Positions 34,921 through 44,841 of a stretch of 64,000 nt of DNA are shown piece by piece; position 1 is the stretch's first letter; each line of letters starts with the position of its first letter. The position numbers were made by a program, and so were the translations under genes. Source of the stretch: a virus. The stretch covers positions 32,001-96,000 of IMG/VR virus record IMGVR_UViG_3300046163_000090; one strand, 5' to 3'. The notes beneath the pieces were generated by a model. It made no database searches. It was not told the DNA's origin and was given only the letters and a program-made list of their open reading frames with translations.

Positions 34921-36975
34921 CTAATTTTGCTGTTTTTGGCTATGATATAATATAGCAGAAGGATATTGTGTCAACTCATTCTTTGCACTAATGTCTAAAA
35001 TATCATTAATTGTTGAAAGTTCTGCGATCTTGTTTGTATTCTTAATGCAAGATAACATTGTGCGTTTCCATTGGTTTTTTTCTTTCGAACAAACTATTGA
35101 TTCGCAAAGCTGCCCAATAAGTTGCTTTTGAGAATCGTCTATGCTTTTAAGTTTTTTATGTTTTTTAAAATTTTCCAAAGCATAAGATTCTAAATCTTGT
35201 ATTTTATATATAACTTCCTGAACATTATCCCTGCCATATTCTTCAGCGGCTTGTAATGGTATTTGATTTGTTCCACCAGGTCTACCTGGACTCTGTTGTG
35301 TCTTGTTTACAGTTTCGTCCGTTTTAGTGATTTGCTCTTGCTGTTGCTCTATCTGTTCCTCCTGAAGCTCTCTATCTTTCTCTGACTGTACGCTTTCAAT
35401 CATTGGTATCCCACCAACCAGCGGATTGTAATAGCCTTTTTCTCTCTCCTCTACATAGCCTTCCTGAGATACGCTTAAATCTTTTGGATTTGGGTACAGT
35501 CCAGTTTGCATGGATTTAATACCTTGCTCTGGAGTAAGTATTCCAATTTCTAGCAGTCTTGTGATAACTCTATGGAATTGCACTTCGTCTTTAATATCGA
35601 TTTCTTCAAATTTTGCGGTTGGATAACTTTTTAACCCCATGTTTCTGCAAACTTCTTTAATTTGGGGTTGAAGAAAGTCATTTAAGAATGCATTCCTGGA
35701 CTCTTTTAATCTCTCCAAGAAAATCTCTGCTTTGACTTGGGTGTTGGAAAACTTTTCGCTACCAACAATAATATTCTGCAATCCTTCTTTAATATCTTCG
35801 TTGACAATCTTATACTTCTCTGCACCTAAAACTTTATTTAAATCTGGTATAACAAACTGAGCTTTAGTAGTATAGTCTGCAATTAAAGCTCGACCTACAC
35901 TTTCGTTCTTAAATAGCTCTTGCATAGCCTTAAGATTGTTTGGATTTACTCCACCCTTATCAGGCTCAGCCCCCATTGTAATCAATAGAATAACATTTTC
36001 AACAGTTCGACAAATAGCTTGATCAATCTTTTTTAGTTCTATTTTCCAGTTTAAGTCATCTAATACGGGAAATCCAAAGGGCACCGCAAATGGCTCATAG
36101 TCCTGTTTTTTGTAAAATGAGTAGATTAGTTTTTGTGAATCAAGCTCAACCTTAATACCCTCTCTATTAAAAGATCCCTCTTTAACTTTTTTCTTCATCT
36201 CAGGGGTCAGTGACTCAAACACTTTTTTATCTTCTTCAGTCTTAGGGTCTCTTAATTTCTCTAACTCATAATCTGATAATACTTTTTTATATATGCCATC
36301 CTGGAACGACGTAGCTTTCTCTATGACAATATCATAGGGATTAAGAAGCATATATTTAACTGGCAGCTGCCCAGACTTAAGGGTTTGTGATGCGTATACA
36401 TAGTTTAATTTCAGCAAATCTTCCGAGCTAAATTTACCATCTACTCTATACAGAAATATATTTCCAGACCTATAATACTCGCGAAAATACTGATCTTTTA
36501 TTTTCCATATATTAATTTTCTTAAGCCAGCCATCAATAAACTTTTTTGACTTTTCATTATCTCCCTCTAAATAGATTGGTGAATTTGAAAATTCAGCCAT
36601 AATGTCTATTGCATTTCTGAAAATTGAAATATTAGCATAAGCTTTTTGACACAACTCAATTGCATCCCTGACATTCACTCCGTCAGCAGAATAATCATAA
36701 GGAAGTAATCCGTTTCTTATATTAGTATACTTGTCGGACTTTGGTTTTTTTGAGATTATGTTTCTCCTGCTTGTGGTAGTTCCATCATAACCAACTCTTC
36801 TATTTGTTGAAACAGTAGCTGAATTAGCTATCGCTTCTTGGGTATAAAAACTTTCGCCAGCTGTTTCAGGTAATGTATCGAGAAGGCTCGGCATCTCTTT
36901 TGATTGTGCACCCTGTACTTGCTTGAATTTATTCCAGTATTCCGATTTTTTATTGTATTTTCTTTTATTACTCAC
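34921..36975 (-). CDS. Portal protein
   Basis: 684 aa between terminase and protease. FRNAIDIMAEF, REYYRSGNIF, KKQDYEPFAVPF and C-terminal PGRP are typical of large-phage portals. Confidence 0.85.
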   Translation of the reverse strand: MSNKRKYNKKSEYWNKFKQVQGAQSKEMPSLLDTLPETAGESFYTQEAIANSATVSTNRRVGYDGTTTSRRNIISKKPKSDKYTNIRNGLLPYDYSADGVNVRDAIELCQKAYANISIFRNAIDIMAEFSNSPIYLEGDNEKSKKFIDGWLKKINIWKIKDQYFREYYRSGNIFLYRVDGKFSSEDLLKLNYVYASQTLKSGQLPVKYMLLNPYDIVIEKATSFQDGIYKKVLSDYELEKLRDPKTEEDKKVFESLTPEMKKKVKEGSFNREGIKVELDSQKLIYSFYKKQDYEPFAVPFGFPVLDDLNWKIELKKIDQAICRTVENVILLITMGAEPDKGGVNPNNLKAMQELFKNESVGRALIADYTTKAQFVIPDLNKVLGAEKYKIVNEDIKEGLQNIIVGSEKFSNTQVKAEIFLERLKESRNAFLNDFLQPQIKEVCRNMGLKSYPTAKFEEIDIKDEVQFHRVITRLLEIGILTPEQGIKSMQTGLYPNPKDLSVSQEGYVEEREKGYYNPLVGGIPMIESVQSEKDRELQEEQIEQQQEQITKTDETVNKTQQSPGRPGGTNQIPLQAAEEYGRDNVQEVIYKIQDLESYALENFKKHKKLKSIDDSQKQLIGQLCESIVCSKEKNQWKRTMLSCIKNTNKIAELSTINDILDISAKNELTQYPSAILYHSQKQQN

Positions 36976-37022
36976 AAGCTATTATACACAAAGTTAAAGT
37001 AAAAGTCTATAAAAGTTAAAAG

Positions 37023-38882
37023 TTAACTTATAAACATTGGCTGAAATGTGCTTGCTACATTATCGGCCTTAATGTTCTGCATGTCATGTAATACTTTCAC
37101 CATCCAGGTTCCAAGCACTAAAGCTGAATAGGAATCTTTCCTCGCCTTATCTGGACCAGTCTGCCTTCTTAACTCCGTAGGTAGACCAAAAGTTTGAGTT
37201 CCTTGCGGTGAGGTTGTAATTTGAATTAAAGCACATTGATTTTTAGTCATATTTATCATATCGTACTGGTGCTCTATGAAGTCGATCATTTTTGCTGCGC
37301 CAGCTTGCTTTTGCTCATCATCAGAAAGTCTTAAAAATTTAAGCTTATCTATGGGTATTTTTTTAGCTCTCTGCTTGTGGTATGCGTCATCTACGGCTCT
37401 AGCTCCAAACCAAATTTTTTTATGATCAAAGTTGGCTTGCAGTAACTCGTTAGCTCTCCGTATCCAGTCTGATGTAGGCTTGCGCAATATTAAATACTTA
37501 TAATTTTTTTTATCGTATTGAATTTTAGCTGCCCTTAACTCATCTTTATATGTATCCATTTTATCAAATTCTCCATCGATACTCTTAATTTTAATATTTT
37601 GAGATTTAAATAATTGCGATTCATTTACGGCATTAATAAATTGTACCCCTCCATTGTAATCTCCTACTATGGCTATAATATTAAAATTCTTAATTAAATA
37701 ATGAAAGTAGAAGATGTGATCCCTCAAAGGAGTTCCAGACATGGCATAGGAATGAACTAAGGTTGAAGTACCCCTGTCCTTATGGTACTTTAATATATGC
37801 ATTGCAAAGTCATCACTACTTTCACTTTCAGACCAAGAAGGGTCAAAGGCCAGTATGTATTCATCCTCTGGATTACCCTTAATTTCTACATGAGGCTCTT
37901 CCCCATCCCTAACAGTGCAAGCTGCCATCCTAGAAGTCTTAAAGTATCCAGAGCTATCATCTGTAAATAAAGCTCCAAACTCGCGCTCAAACTGGGATTG
38001 ACTCATTGTAGCTTTAGCTTGAGTAATGAGATTTTGATCGTATAATTGCTTGGGAGCACAATCATAAGAAAACTGCATTATACATCTAGTAGCTTTATCT
38101 GTTTGATTTTCTATTAAATCTTCAAATTGACTATACAGCTTATACATATATTCAAATTTATAACTAGCAGAAGATAGCATTATTAATTTATTGTTTGGCC
38201 AAACATACCTTTCATCTTCTTTCATTTTGCCTTGATCTATTAATTTTGTTTCTAGATTGTACAAATCTTCTCTCTGAGTTGGATTTTCAACAACGGAAAG
38301 GAAGGGAACAATAACCTCATTGTAAATTCTTTCTGGCATCAATAAAAACTCATCAATAATAATTCGATGAAACCTAAAACCACGAAGCTTAGATCCGTCA
38401 CCAAGAGGTAGAGCTCTGATTCTACTCCTGCCTATCTCCATTAGCCACTCGTCATTACTTTTTGATTTCTTAGTAATGCAATCGGCCAGCATTTTAGCTT
38501 CAGGCTTGCTGGCGATATCTTCTATTTTTTTGAAAATCTGCTTAGACTGCCTAAATGATGCAGCTAATATACCAATTTCAACACCCTGATTTAATATCGC
38601 ATCAAGAAAAGCATATATGCCTGTCGTGAAAGATTTAGACATACCACGAGACCACACACCCATAAAGTAGTCAGTCTCAAACATCGCCTTAATTGCCATA
38701 TGCTGAAAAGGGAATAAATCTACCCCAGCAACAAGATTAGTTGTGAATGTAATATTATCTTTTAAGAATTTATATAAATTTTCTTTAGCTTCATCTTCTT
38801 CAAGTAAGCCTTCTATATTAAAAATCTCCCTATTAATATCTTCCTTTTTTCTTCTGTTTTGATTACCTTGATTCCAAGCCAT
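37023..38882 (-). CDS. terL: Terminase large subunit
   Basis: LFPFQ Q-motif, SRGMSKS Walker A variant, LRGFR..IIIDE Walker B, SSA coupling motif, and LAFDPS and KDSYSA RNaseH-like nuclease motifs. Confidence 0.93.
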   Translation of the reverse strand: MAWNQGNQNRRKKEDINREIFNIEGLLEEDEAKENLYKFLKDNITFTTNLVAGVDLFPFQHMAIKAMFETDYFMGVWSRGMSKSFTTGIYAFLDAILNQGVEIGILAASFRQSKQIFKKIEDIASKPEAKMLADCITKKSKSNDEWLMEIGRSRIRALPLGDGSKLRGFRFHRIIIDEFLLMPERIYNEVIVPFLSVVENPTQREDLYNLETKLIDQGKMKEDERYVWPNNKLIMLSSASYKFEYMYKLYSQFEDLIENQTDKATRCIMQFSYDCAPKQLYDQNLITQAKATMSQSQFEREFGALFTDDSSGYFKTSRMAACTVRDGEEPHVEIKGNPEDEYILAFDPSWSESESSDDFAMHILKYHKDRGTSTLVHSYAMSGTPLRDHIFYFHYLIKNFNIIAIVGDYNGGVQFINAVNESQLFKSQNIKIKSIDGEFDKMDTYKDELRAAKIQYDKKNYKYLILRKPTSDWIRRANELLQANFDHKKIWFGARAVDDAYHKQRAKKIPIDKLKFLRLSDDEQKQAGAAKMIDFIEHQYDMINMTKNQCALIQITTSPQGTQTFGLPTELRRQTGPDKARKDSYSALVLGTWMVKVLHDMQNIKADNVASTFQPMFIS

Positions 38883-38883
38883 G

Positions 38884-39810
38884 TTAAATTTCTCCTCTAT
38901 CTATATAGTATTGTAAGTCAACATTCCATAAACTTTTTCCTAATGTTAATATTTTAGGTATTATGGATTGTGAATTAGCTCTATTGCCAGTGAACACAAA
39001 TTGACAATAACCCTTATATTCATGAGTTAATACTCTCATATTATGATATATAAATTTTAAATTTGATTTATGAGGTCCAAACATATTATTTTTATAAATT
39101 TTATTTAAATCACTCTCTACAACAATAAATAAATAAGACTCAAATTGTTTTACTCTATCTAGTTCACGCTTAAACCTTTCAAATCCTCCAGACAATGTAC
39201 CCTTAAAGTCTTGCTCAGCCTTCCTGTCTACATATGTATAATTATAATCTTCTCCAGCGACAGTATAATCGCCAAAGTCTAATTTTAAATCTTGTGACGA
39301 ATTAAATATTAGGGGCTTCTGCTCTCTAGTGTCAATCATAATTTCTAGATCTTCGAACTCTGCATCATCATTAAAGAATCTAGGGATTATAGGTTTCGAG
39401 AATAAAGGTTTTACTCCCGCTTTACTACAAGCTTTTGAATAAGACCCAAAGACATTTTTATATGTATCTATGTCGGGTAATTGAGATATTTTAAGCTCCA
39501 GATGATTGGGTGCATATTTAAGATTTTTATTCTCAATCCTGTCTTTTAGTTTTTTAATTATATATTCTCCAACTTTATCTTTAGACTCGTTCTGACACCA
39601 TTTTAACATTTGTTTACGAGTTGTAAAGTCGTGATTAAAATAATCTTCTTTATTCTTGAATGGCAGAGGCTCTCCAGTTAGTAAATTGTTCCTTGGGTAG
39701 TAAGTTGTATAATATGTAGCTAAATCAATCTTATGTTTCTTTAGATGAATATGCAAACCCTTTTCAGTTTCATATTCTTCTCCGCATACTTTACATTTAA
39801 ATGACATCAC
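38884..39810 (-). CDS. C2H2 zinc finger plus ERCC4/XPF-family nuclease
   Basis: N-terminal CKVC...H...H, then IDTREQKP, GDY, VDRK...DF, RFKREL and FIVVES ERCC4 motifs. Confidence 0.85.
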   Translation of the reverse strand: MMSFKCKVCGEEYETEKGLHIHLKKHKIDLATYYTTYYPRNNLLTGEPLPFKNKEDYFNHDFTTRKQMLKWCQNESKDKVGEYIIKKLKDRIENKNLKYAPNHLELKISQLPDIDTYKNVFGSYSKACSKAGVKPLFSKPIIPRFFNDDAEFEDLEIMIDTREQKPLIFNSSQDLKLDFGDYTVAGEDYNYTYVDRKAEQDFKGTLSGGFERFKRELDRVKQFESYLFIVVESDLNKIYKNNMFGPHKSNLKFIYHNMRVLTHEYKGYCQFVFTGNRANSQSIIPKILTLGKSLWNVDLQYYIDRGEI

Positions 39811-40843
39811 CCTTAGATATACCTAATATTCGAGACTTCCATTCATTCATTGACTCAAGATGGTCTGCCTCTTCCTTGATGGCTTTCTTTTGCATATCTG
39901 CCATCTTTACCATAAGCTTTCTCTCTTCTTCGTTTTGAAAGCTTTCAACCAAGGATAAGATTGAAGCATTTTTGTCTTGCCTTTGCGAAATACGTTTCGC
40001 TCTGTCCCCAGCAAGCCTTTGAATTAATGACTCTTGTCTTTTTTCGCACTGATTGTACTCCTCACTTTTAGTCTTTAATAGCTCCGACAATCTGACTGTT
40101 AACTCCTGTTGCTCGTCAGCATCATCAAACATGCGGTTTAATTTCTCCATGTGAGAAGATATATTTTTTAAATTAATATAATCTACACATACATTAACAT
40201 ATAAATTAACCTCGTCAGCACTTAAGTCTGGCTTATCCCATGTTGCGCGTATAAACTCTGCTTCAAATAAATGTTGATCCTCTTTCTTTTGGTAGTTGTT
40301 AATGATTTGAGTAAACCTAGGAGACTTTAAAAACTTCAATAAAGATTCTATTGATTTTCTCTCTAAGGTTTTAAGCTGTTTAGCTTCAAATTCGTTGTTT
40401 GTATATAAGTTAACTAAATACAGGCAATCATCAAATGTTTTTGGCGATTGGTAACTTGGTTTCTCCTGCCGCTTTTCTTCTTTTTTTCTTTGCTTAAAGA
40501 CATCTAAATATTGATTAACAGCCCTTTGATGTCGATCTAAATTTTTGACTTCGCTATCAGGAAACAGTAATTGCGCAATTTGAAAGCTAGACATGCCGTC
40601 TTGAGAATATTGCTCTATAAACTGTTTCTGCTCTTCTTTTAATACTATAGGTGTAACTTCCTTTTTTTTGGTAGTCTTATATTTCATATCCTGTGAGGCT
40701 AAATAAGCTCTTACCGCCCTGCCTTGCTTGGATCGACCATCTATCGTCCCATCCTTGAATGTAGCTCTAGTTAATTCAATGAGATCAGGTATCTTATGAA
40801 AATGCTCGTCAATAAACTTTTTATTCTCTTCTGTAAGCCTCAT
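39797..40843 (-). CDS. Hypothetical helical protein (terminase small subunit candidate)
   Basis: HTH-like segment (GMSSFQIAQLLF) plus coiled coil, two genes upstream of terL. Function is inferred from position only. Confidence 0.45.
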   Translation of the reverse strand: MRLTEENKKFIDEHFHKIPDLIELTRATFKDGTIDGRSKQGRAVRAYLASQDMKYKTTKKKEVTPIVLKEEQKQFIEQYSQDGMSSFQIAQLLFPDSEVKNLDRHQRAVNQYLDVFKQRKKEEKRQEKPSYQSPKTFDDCLYLVNLYTNNEFEAKQLKTLERKSIESLLKFLKSPRFTQIINNYQKKEDQHLFEAEFIRATWDKPDLSADEVNLYVNVCVDYINLKNISSHMEKLNRMFDDADEQQELTVRLSELLKTKSEEYNQCEKRQESLIQRLAGDRAKRISQRQDKNASILSLVESFQNEEERKLMVKMADMQKKAIKEEADHLESMNEWKSRILGISKGDVI

Positions 40844-41595
40844 GTTATGATGTCTTTATCTTTAATTATTTTTAAAACTTTTTCCTTGAAGAATTTGCGC
40901 ATATTTTTTATCTGTTTATACCCTGCGCTTCTCCCTTTTTCGGTGGTTTTATAACCCAGCTTCTTAGCAACTTCGTCTTCACTCATATTTTCAATAAAAA
41001 GCATATTGTATATTTCATAATGCTTACTTGACAATTGTTCTCTGAGGTAATTATCTATTCGTTCAACAGCTTTATCGACTTGAAATGATTCTCCTTTAAA
41101 TGCATTAGATTCATACTCTTGAGCGTCCAGCCTTAACGGAATTTTTACATCGTGAGCACTTTTTTTGCTTTTTGTCCACTTTTTATATAAGGGGCAAGTG
41201 GAATCCTGCATTCCAGATCTAGTAAAAGAGCAGAAGTTTTCGCCAGATACAGAAGTGTCAAAAGGGCAACTCGAACAAGGCTTGGCAAAGTTTAAATAAT
41301 AATTTCTTAATATATTCTTAAATTGATTAGTTATAATTTTATTTATCCAAGGCTTGAGCTCTCTTTTTTGATCCCACTGATCCCATTTTTGATAAATATG
41401 TACTCTAATTATTTGCTCTACATCCTCGAAAGATATCCATGGAATAGAGTCTAGAAACCATTTGTTTTTGCGTTTTTTTATTTCGGAATTAATTACATCA
41501 ATTTTTTCCTCATAAGTTATCTTTTTATTTTTTGGCATTTTTTCTAGGTCTGCCTCGCCTCTTTGGAGGGCTATCTTCAACACTGCCAAGATCAA
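40840..41595 (-). CDS. Phage-encoded RNA polymerase sigma factor (ECF/sigma70-like); true start probably at MPKNKK
   Basis: Region 2-like FEDVEQ...KWDQWD....LKPWINKII.NQFKN.LR, region 4-like LSSKHYEIY......MSEDEVAKKLG, and a Cys-rich insert between them. Confidence 0.8.
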   Translation of the reverse strand: MILAVLKIALQRGEADLEKMPKNKKITYEEKIDVINSEIKKRKNKWFLDSIPWISFEDVEQIIRVHIYQKWDQWDQKRELKPWINKIITNQFKNILRNYYLNFAKPCSSCPFDTSVSGENFCSFTRSGMQDSTCPLYKKWTKSKKSAHDVKIPLRLDAQEYESNAFKGESFQVDKAVERIDNYLREQLSSKHYEIYNMLFIENMSEDEVAKKLGYKTTEKGRSAGYKQIKNMRKFFKEKVLKIIKDKDIIT

Positions 41596-41872
41596 TGTTT
41601 TTAAATAGAGAACCTAGACTAAAAGAACTGTCTGTAGAAGATTCAATTTCGTATTCTAATCTTGATAAATCTGGCACTTCATAAATCTCTGTACCTTCTT
41701 CATCTAAATCAGATTCTATTCTCCGTGCCTGAGTCTTTCTAGGTGGGACCTTTTGCTTCGATTTTACGCTCTCTTCTCCAGATAGTGGATGTCCACAGTT
41801 AGAGCAAAACTTAGGCTTAGAAAATCTGTATTCGTTTTTACTACCGCATTCTTGACAATATGTTGATAACAT
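41525..41872 (-). CDS. Zinc-ribbon protein with C-terminal AT-hook-like motif
   Basis: YCQECG...KFCSNCG and terminal KRRGRPRK. Confidence 0.75.
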   Translation of the reverse strand: MLSTYCQECGSKNEYRFSKPKFCSNCGHPLSGEESVKSKQKVPPRKTQARRIESDLDEEGTEIYEVPDLSRLEYEIESSTDSSFSLGSLFKNIDLGSVEDSPPKRRGRPRKNAKK

Positions 41873-41908
41873 AATTAATTATAAATAATTATATACACAA
41901 ATTCTATT

Positions 41909-42493
41909 TTAAATTAAATACCCACATATTATTTTAGATTGTTCAATTAAAAATTTAATTTCTTTCTCTGTTAATGTTTTATTACTTGTGGTAGATTCAA
42001 CTGATATCATTCCGATTATATTTTTATTTAATGTGATAATAGGAATAGCGACAATAGACTTTACTCCTTTATCCTCAAACCAGTTTTTAAGTAGAGAATC
42101 ATCTAAATTCTGAGTGTTAGAATATTTAAATATTTTTTCGTTAATTATTTGCGAAACGAATTGATTAAATGTACTAACTCGTAAACCTTGTTGACCTAAA
42201 GCTTCTGAGCTAACTCCAGCTTTAAAATATTCATAAGTGCAACTAAATTTCTGCTGGTGACTTCCACTATAGAATGACTCTCCATTATGAAACTCATATA
42301 CAGAAACTCTGTCTGCATTTAAGACATCTAAAGTATACCTTATAGCTTTTTCAACATTAGTGTTTTGTATTGTACATTTTTCGACAGATAAACTTGCTTG
42401 GTTTTTTTTCTTCTGCAAGAAATCTTTTAAGAATAGACTAATTATAGTTGTTGCGGCAACTATACACGATGATAGTATAACTGACCAATCCAT
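41909..42493 (-). CDS. Membrane-anchored GAF-domain protein (T4 gpT-like holin candidate)
   Basis: Single N-terminal TM helix, then LNADRVSVYEFHNG and GVKSIVAIPI...IIGMISV GAF motifs. Confidence 0.65.
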   Translation of the reverse strand: MDWSVILSSCIVAATTIISLFLKDFLQKKKNQASLSVEKCTIQNTNVEKAIRYTLDVLNADRVSVYEFHNGESFYSGSHQQKFSCTYEYFKAGVSSEALGQQGLRVSTFNQFVSQIINEKIFKYSNTQNLDDSLLKNWFEDKGVKSIVAIPIITLNKNIIGMISVESTTSNKTLTEKEIKFLIEQSKIICGYLI

Positions 42494-42523
42494 ACAGTAT
42501 AATACACTATAATTAAAATGTGA

Positions 42524-44833
42524 TTAGATTTTTTCTGCCCAAATTTTCAAAAATGCATTTTTAATGTCTGCATATGAATGATTGCTCGAGAGTGTAGTCT
42601 GAAATTGAATGTGATAAGCTCCGTCACCGACTGGACTAATTGTAGTATTACCAATAGGTATATCACCAATGTCAAGCCTATCTTGCTGTTCAACTTGGGT
42701 GCTAGTTACGGTTTCAAAGAAAGTAGTTTGACTATTGATGTCTGTACTATCAACAATAGCAAATCTTAGTTTATGATAGTCTATAGCAGATAATGTAATG
42801 CCTCTGACCGTAATTCCCATTGAAGTTACATCGAAACTGCCTTCTGGGTTAGCGAGAGTAGCATTAGTTCCGCTAAGTTTTACATATAAAGCATTAGCAT
42901 GTCCTTCTGCATTGATTTGAGCTCTGCTGTTAAGATCTTGATCAATAATGTTTGCCTCGTTATCCCATGCATTTGCAGGGTCTTGAACTTCTGTGCTTGG
43001 GTTTGCTTTAGCATTTGCTAATGGATCGTAAGAGTAGCCTTCTCCGCCGAAAAAGAATTGAGTGCTCGAAGACGATCTATAAGTATCTTTCATTAGACTG
43101 TCTCCACCGATAACTTCTGGAATGTCATCGTTGGTATAATTTGCGTATGATATTTTCTCTACTTGCATTTCATCCTCGAATGTCGGACGCAAAGCTAATG
43201 CGTAAGGCCCTTTGCTTGTGTATTGGATGGGCCGATAAACATAACTGCTATAATTTGCGCGAAATCTATAGTAGTCATTCCACATTTGACCAGGTACATC
43301 TCTGAAATTAAAGTTTAATATTTTTCCAGTATATAGTATTTGTCTGGCTGGTCCGTGCCTATCACTAGTTCCGCTAGCTTGATTATTATAGCTTTGTATA
43401 CCAAGATATCTATGATAATTTTTACCCTCAACACCAATAGTATTTGCATTGATTAAAATTTCTTCTGAATTTTCTAACGCCGCATTGCTTCCTGCATCGC
43501 CAAATGCTACGATCTGAAAAGGAGTATAATTGAATGCTCCGAAATACTGACTGTTAGGAAGACTGGTGTTATCGACATTACCAGTAGCCCATTGATTTGC
43601 AGTTCGAACGTGTGTATGATAACTTCCAGCCGCATAACCGTGAGAGCTTATTGTGCCGTTTCCGTCTAGAACACTGTTAGCATAGCCACCGATAGCACTA
43701 TCGTTCATGTCCCTCCAGTGTCGATACATATGACGAATTGACGAACCTTTTCTGAGATCATCATCACTAAAACCCTCTCGGCCTGCTCCGCCCACACCCC
43801 AAAAATTCCATAAGTCTTCGAGTGTCTGTGGGTTTGATCCATTTAACCAATCTTCTAGGTAGTGCGGTTGTTTAAAGTTTAAATATCCATCTTTGCTTCC
43901 AAAATATCCATTGTGTGGTCTGTATCGATTGTATCCATTTAATCGAGATGATTCAAAGTGCTCGCTGGTAGCTGCTTCGCCAGCAGTCATAACAATCATA
44001 CCTTTTCCGTTTCCGTCGTGAGCATATAAAAACCAAACAGTCGTATTTCTGCTATAATCAAACCAATTTTGATAAGCATTACTCATCACATTAGACCATT
44101 CATCTAAATTATTAGTTGAAGCTGAAATAGCATTTGGTATTGCCCCGTCTAATCTGTAAGTATTTTGAGTAGTATCAGTTCCATCATAATCGGCTCCATT
44201 AGTTTTATATCTAAATACCGTATTACTTCTGTATGCCGTACCAGAACTGTTTGTTATTGTTTGTGGTTGCCCAGCGCATGAGTAAGTATATCCAAACAGA
44301 GGAACAAACTTGTTTGCTGGTATGCCGCCAGTTTTATTGCTTTTGATTTTTAATCTAATAGACTCAAAGTTAGCATCGCCCCAGTATCGGTGGCTACCAG
44401 GCGTAAAATTTGCATAAGGACTGGGTATCAACATCATACCATCTGTAGGTGTGCCGTCAATAGTTGAATGAGTAAATACAGTACCTCCGTCACTTGCTGC
44501 TTTTTTCTGGAATTGTCCAGCCCAAGCATATCTATCAAAAGGTCCTCTATCTGAATTTGTATTTAATGTATATCTCTCGTCCCAAGCTAAATATAATTGC
44601 TGCGAATCTCCACCAGCATCTAGATGGGTTGCATTTCTGGTGGCATACATCTTGGTTAAATCCATATTTAATCGATCATAATTTTGAACTGCAGCGTGGT
44701 CTTCCCCCAGAGGTCCCATTCTGGACATAATTTTTACGGTGTCGTTTGTTGTTGATGTTGTTTCAAGGTTACGGCCCAAGCCTATCATTCCCTCAAAATC
44801 ATCATTAGTTGCTCTATTAAATGTTGTTGCCAT
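42524..44833 (-). CDS. Large hypothetical protein, probably virion-associated
   Basis: 769 aa, G/N/Y/W-rich beta-type composition, within a cluster of appendage genes. Confidence 0.55.
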   Translation of the reverse strand: MATTFNRATNDDFEGMIGLGRNLETTSTTNDTVKIMSRMGPLGEDHAAVQNYDRLNMDLTKMYATRNATHLDAGGDSQQLYLAWDERYTLNTNSDRGPFDRYAWAGQFQKKAASDGGTVFTHSTIDGTPTDGMMLIPSPYANFTPGSHRYWGDANFESIRLKIKSNKTGGIPANKFVPLFGYTYSCAGQPQTITNSSGTAYRSNTVFRYKTNGADYDGTDTTQNTYRLDGAIPNAISASTNNLDEWSNVMSNAYQNWFDYSRNTTVWFLYAHDGNGKGMIVMTAGEAATSEHFESSRLNGYNRYRPHNGYFGSKDGYLNFKQPHYLEDWLNGSNPQTLEDLWNFWGVGGAGREGFSDDDLRKGSSIRHMYRHWRDMNDSAIGGYANSVLDGNGTISSHGYAAGSYHTHVRTANQWATGNVDNTSLPNSQYFGAFNYTPFQIVAFGDAGSNAALENSEEILINANTIGVEGKNYHRYLGIQSYNNQASGTSDRHGPARQILYTGKILNFNFRDVPGQMWNDYYRFRANYSSYVYRPIQYTSKGPYALALRPTFEDEMQVEKISYANYTNDDIPEVIGGDSLMKDTYRSSSSTQFFFGGEGYSYDPLANAKANPSTEVQDPANAWDNEANIIDQDLNSRAQINAEGHANALYVKLSGTNATLANPEGSFDVTSMGITVRGITLSAIDYHKLRFAIVDSTDINSQTTFFETVTSTQVEQQDRLDIGDIPIGNTTISPVGDGAYHIQFQTTLSSNHSYADIKNAFLKIWAEKI

Positions 44834-44841
44834 ATTAAATA

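Noticed and set aside
31449-34924. Long antisense ORFs (31449-32105, 33746-34426 and similar shadows elsewhere)
   Set aside because: They lie opposite the capsid and scaffold genes and are explained by codon bias of the sense strand.
37023-38882. Intein or intron in terminase, portal or capsid genes
   Set aside because: Sizes are ordinary, and no splicing motifs or homing endonuclease were seen.
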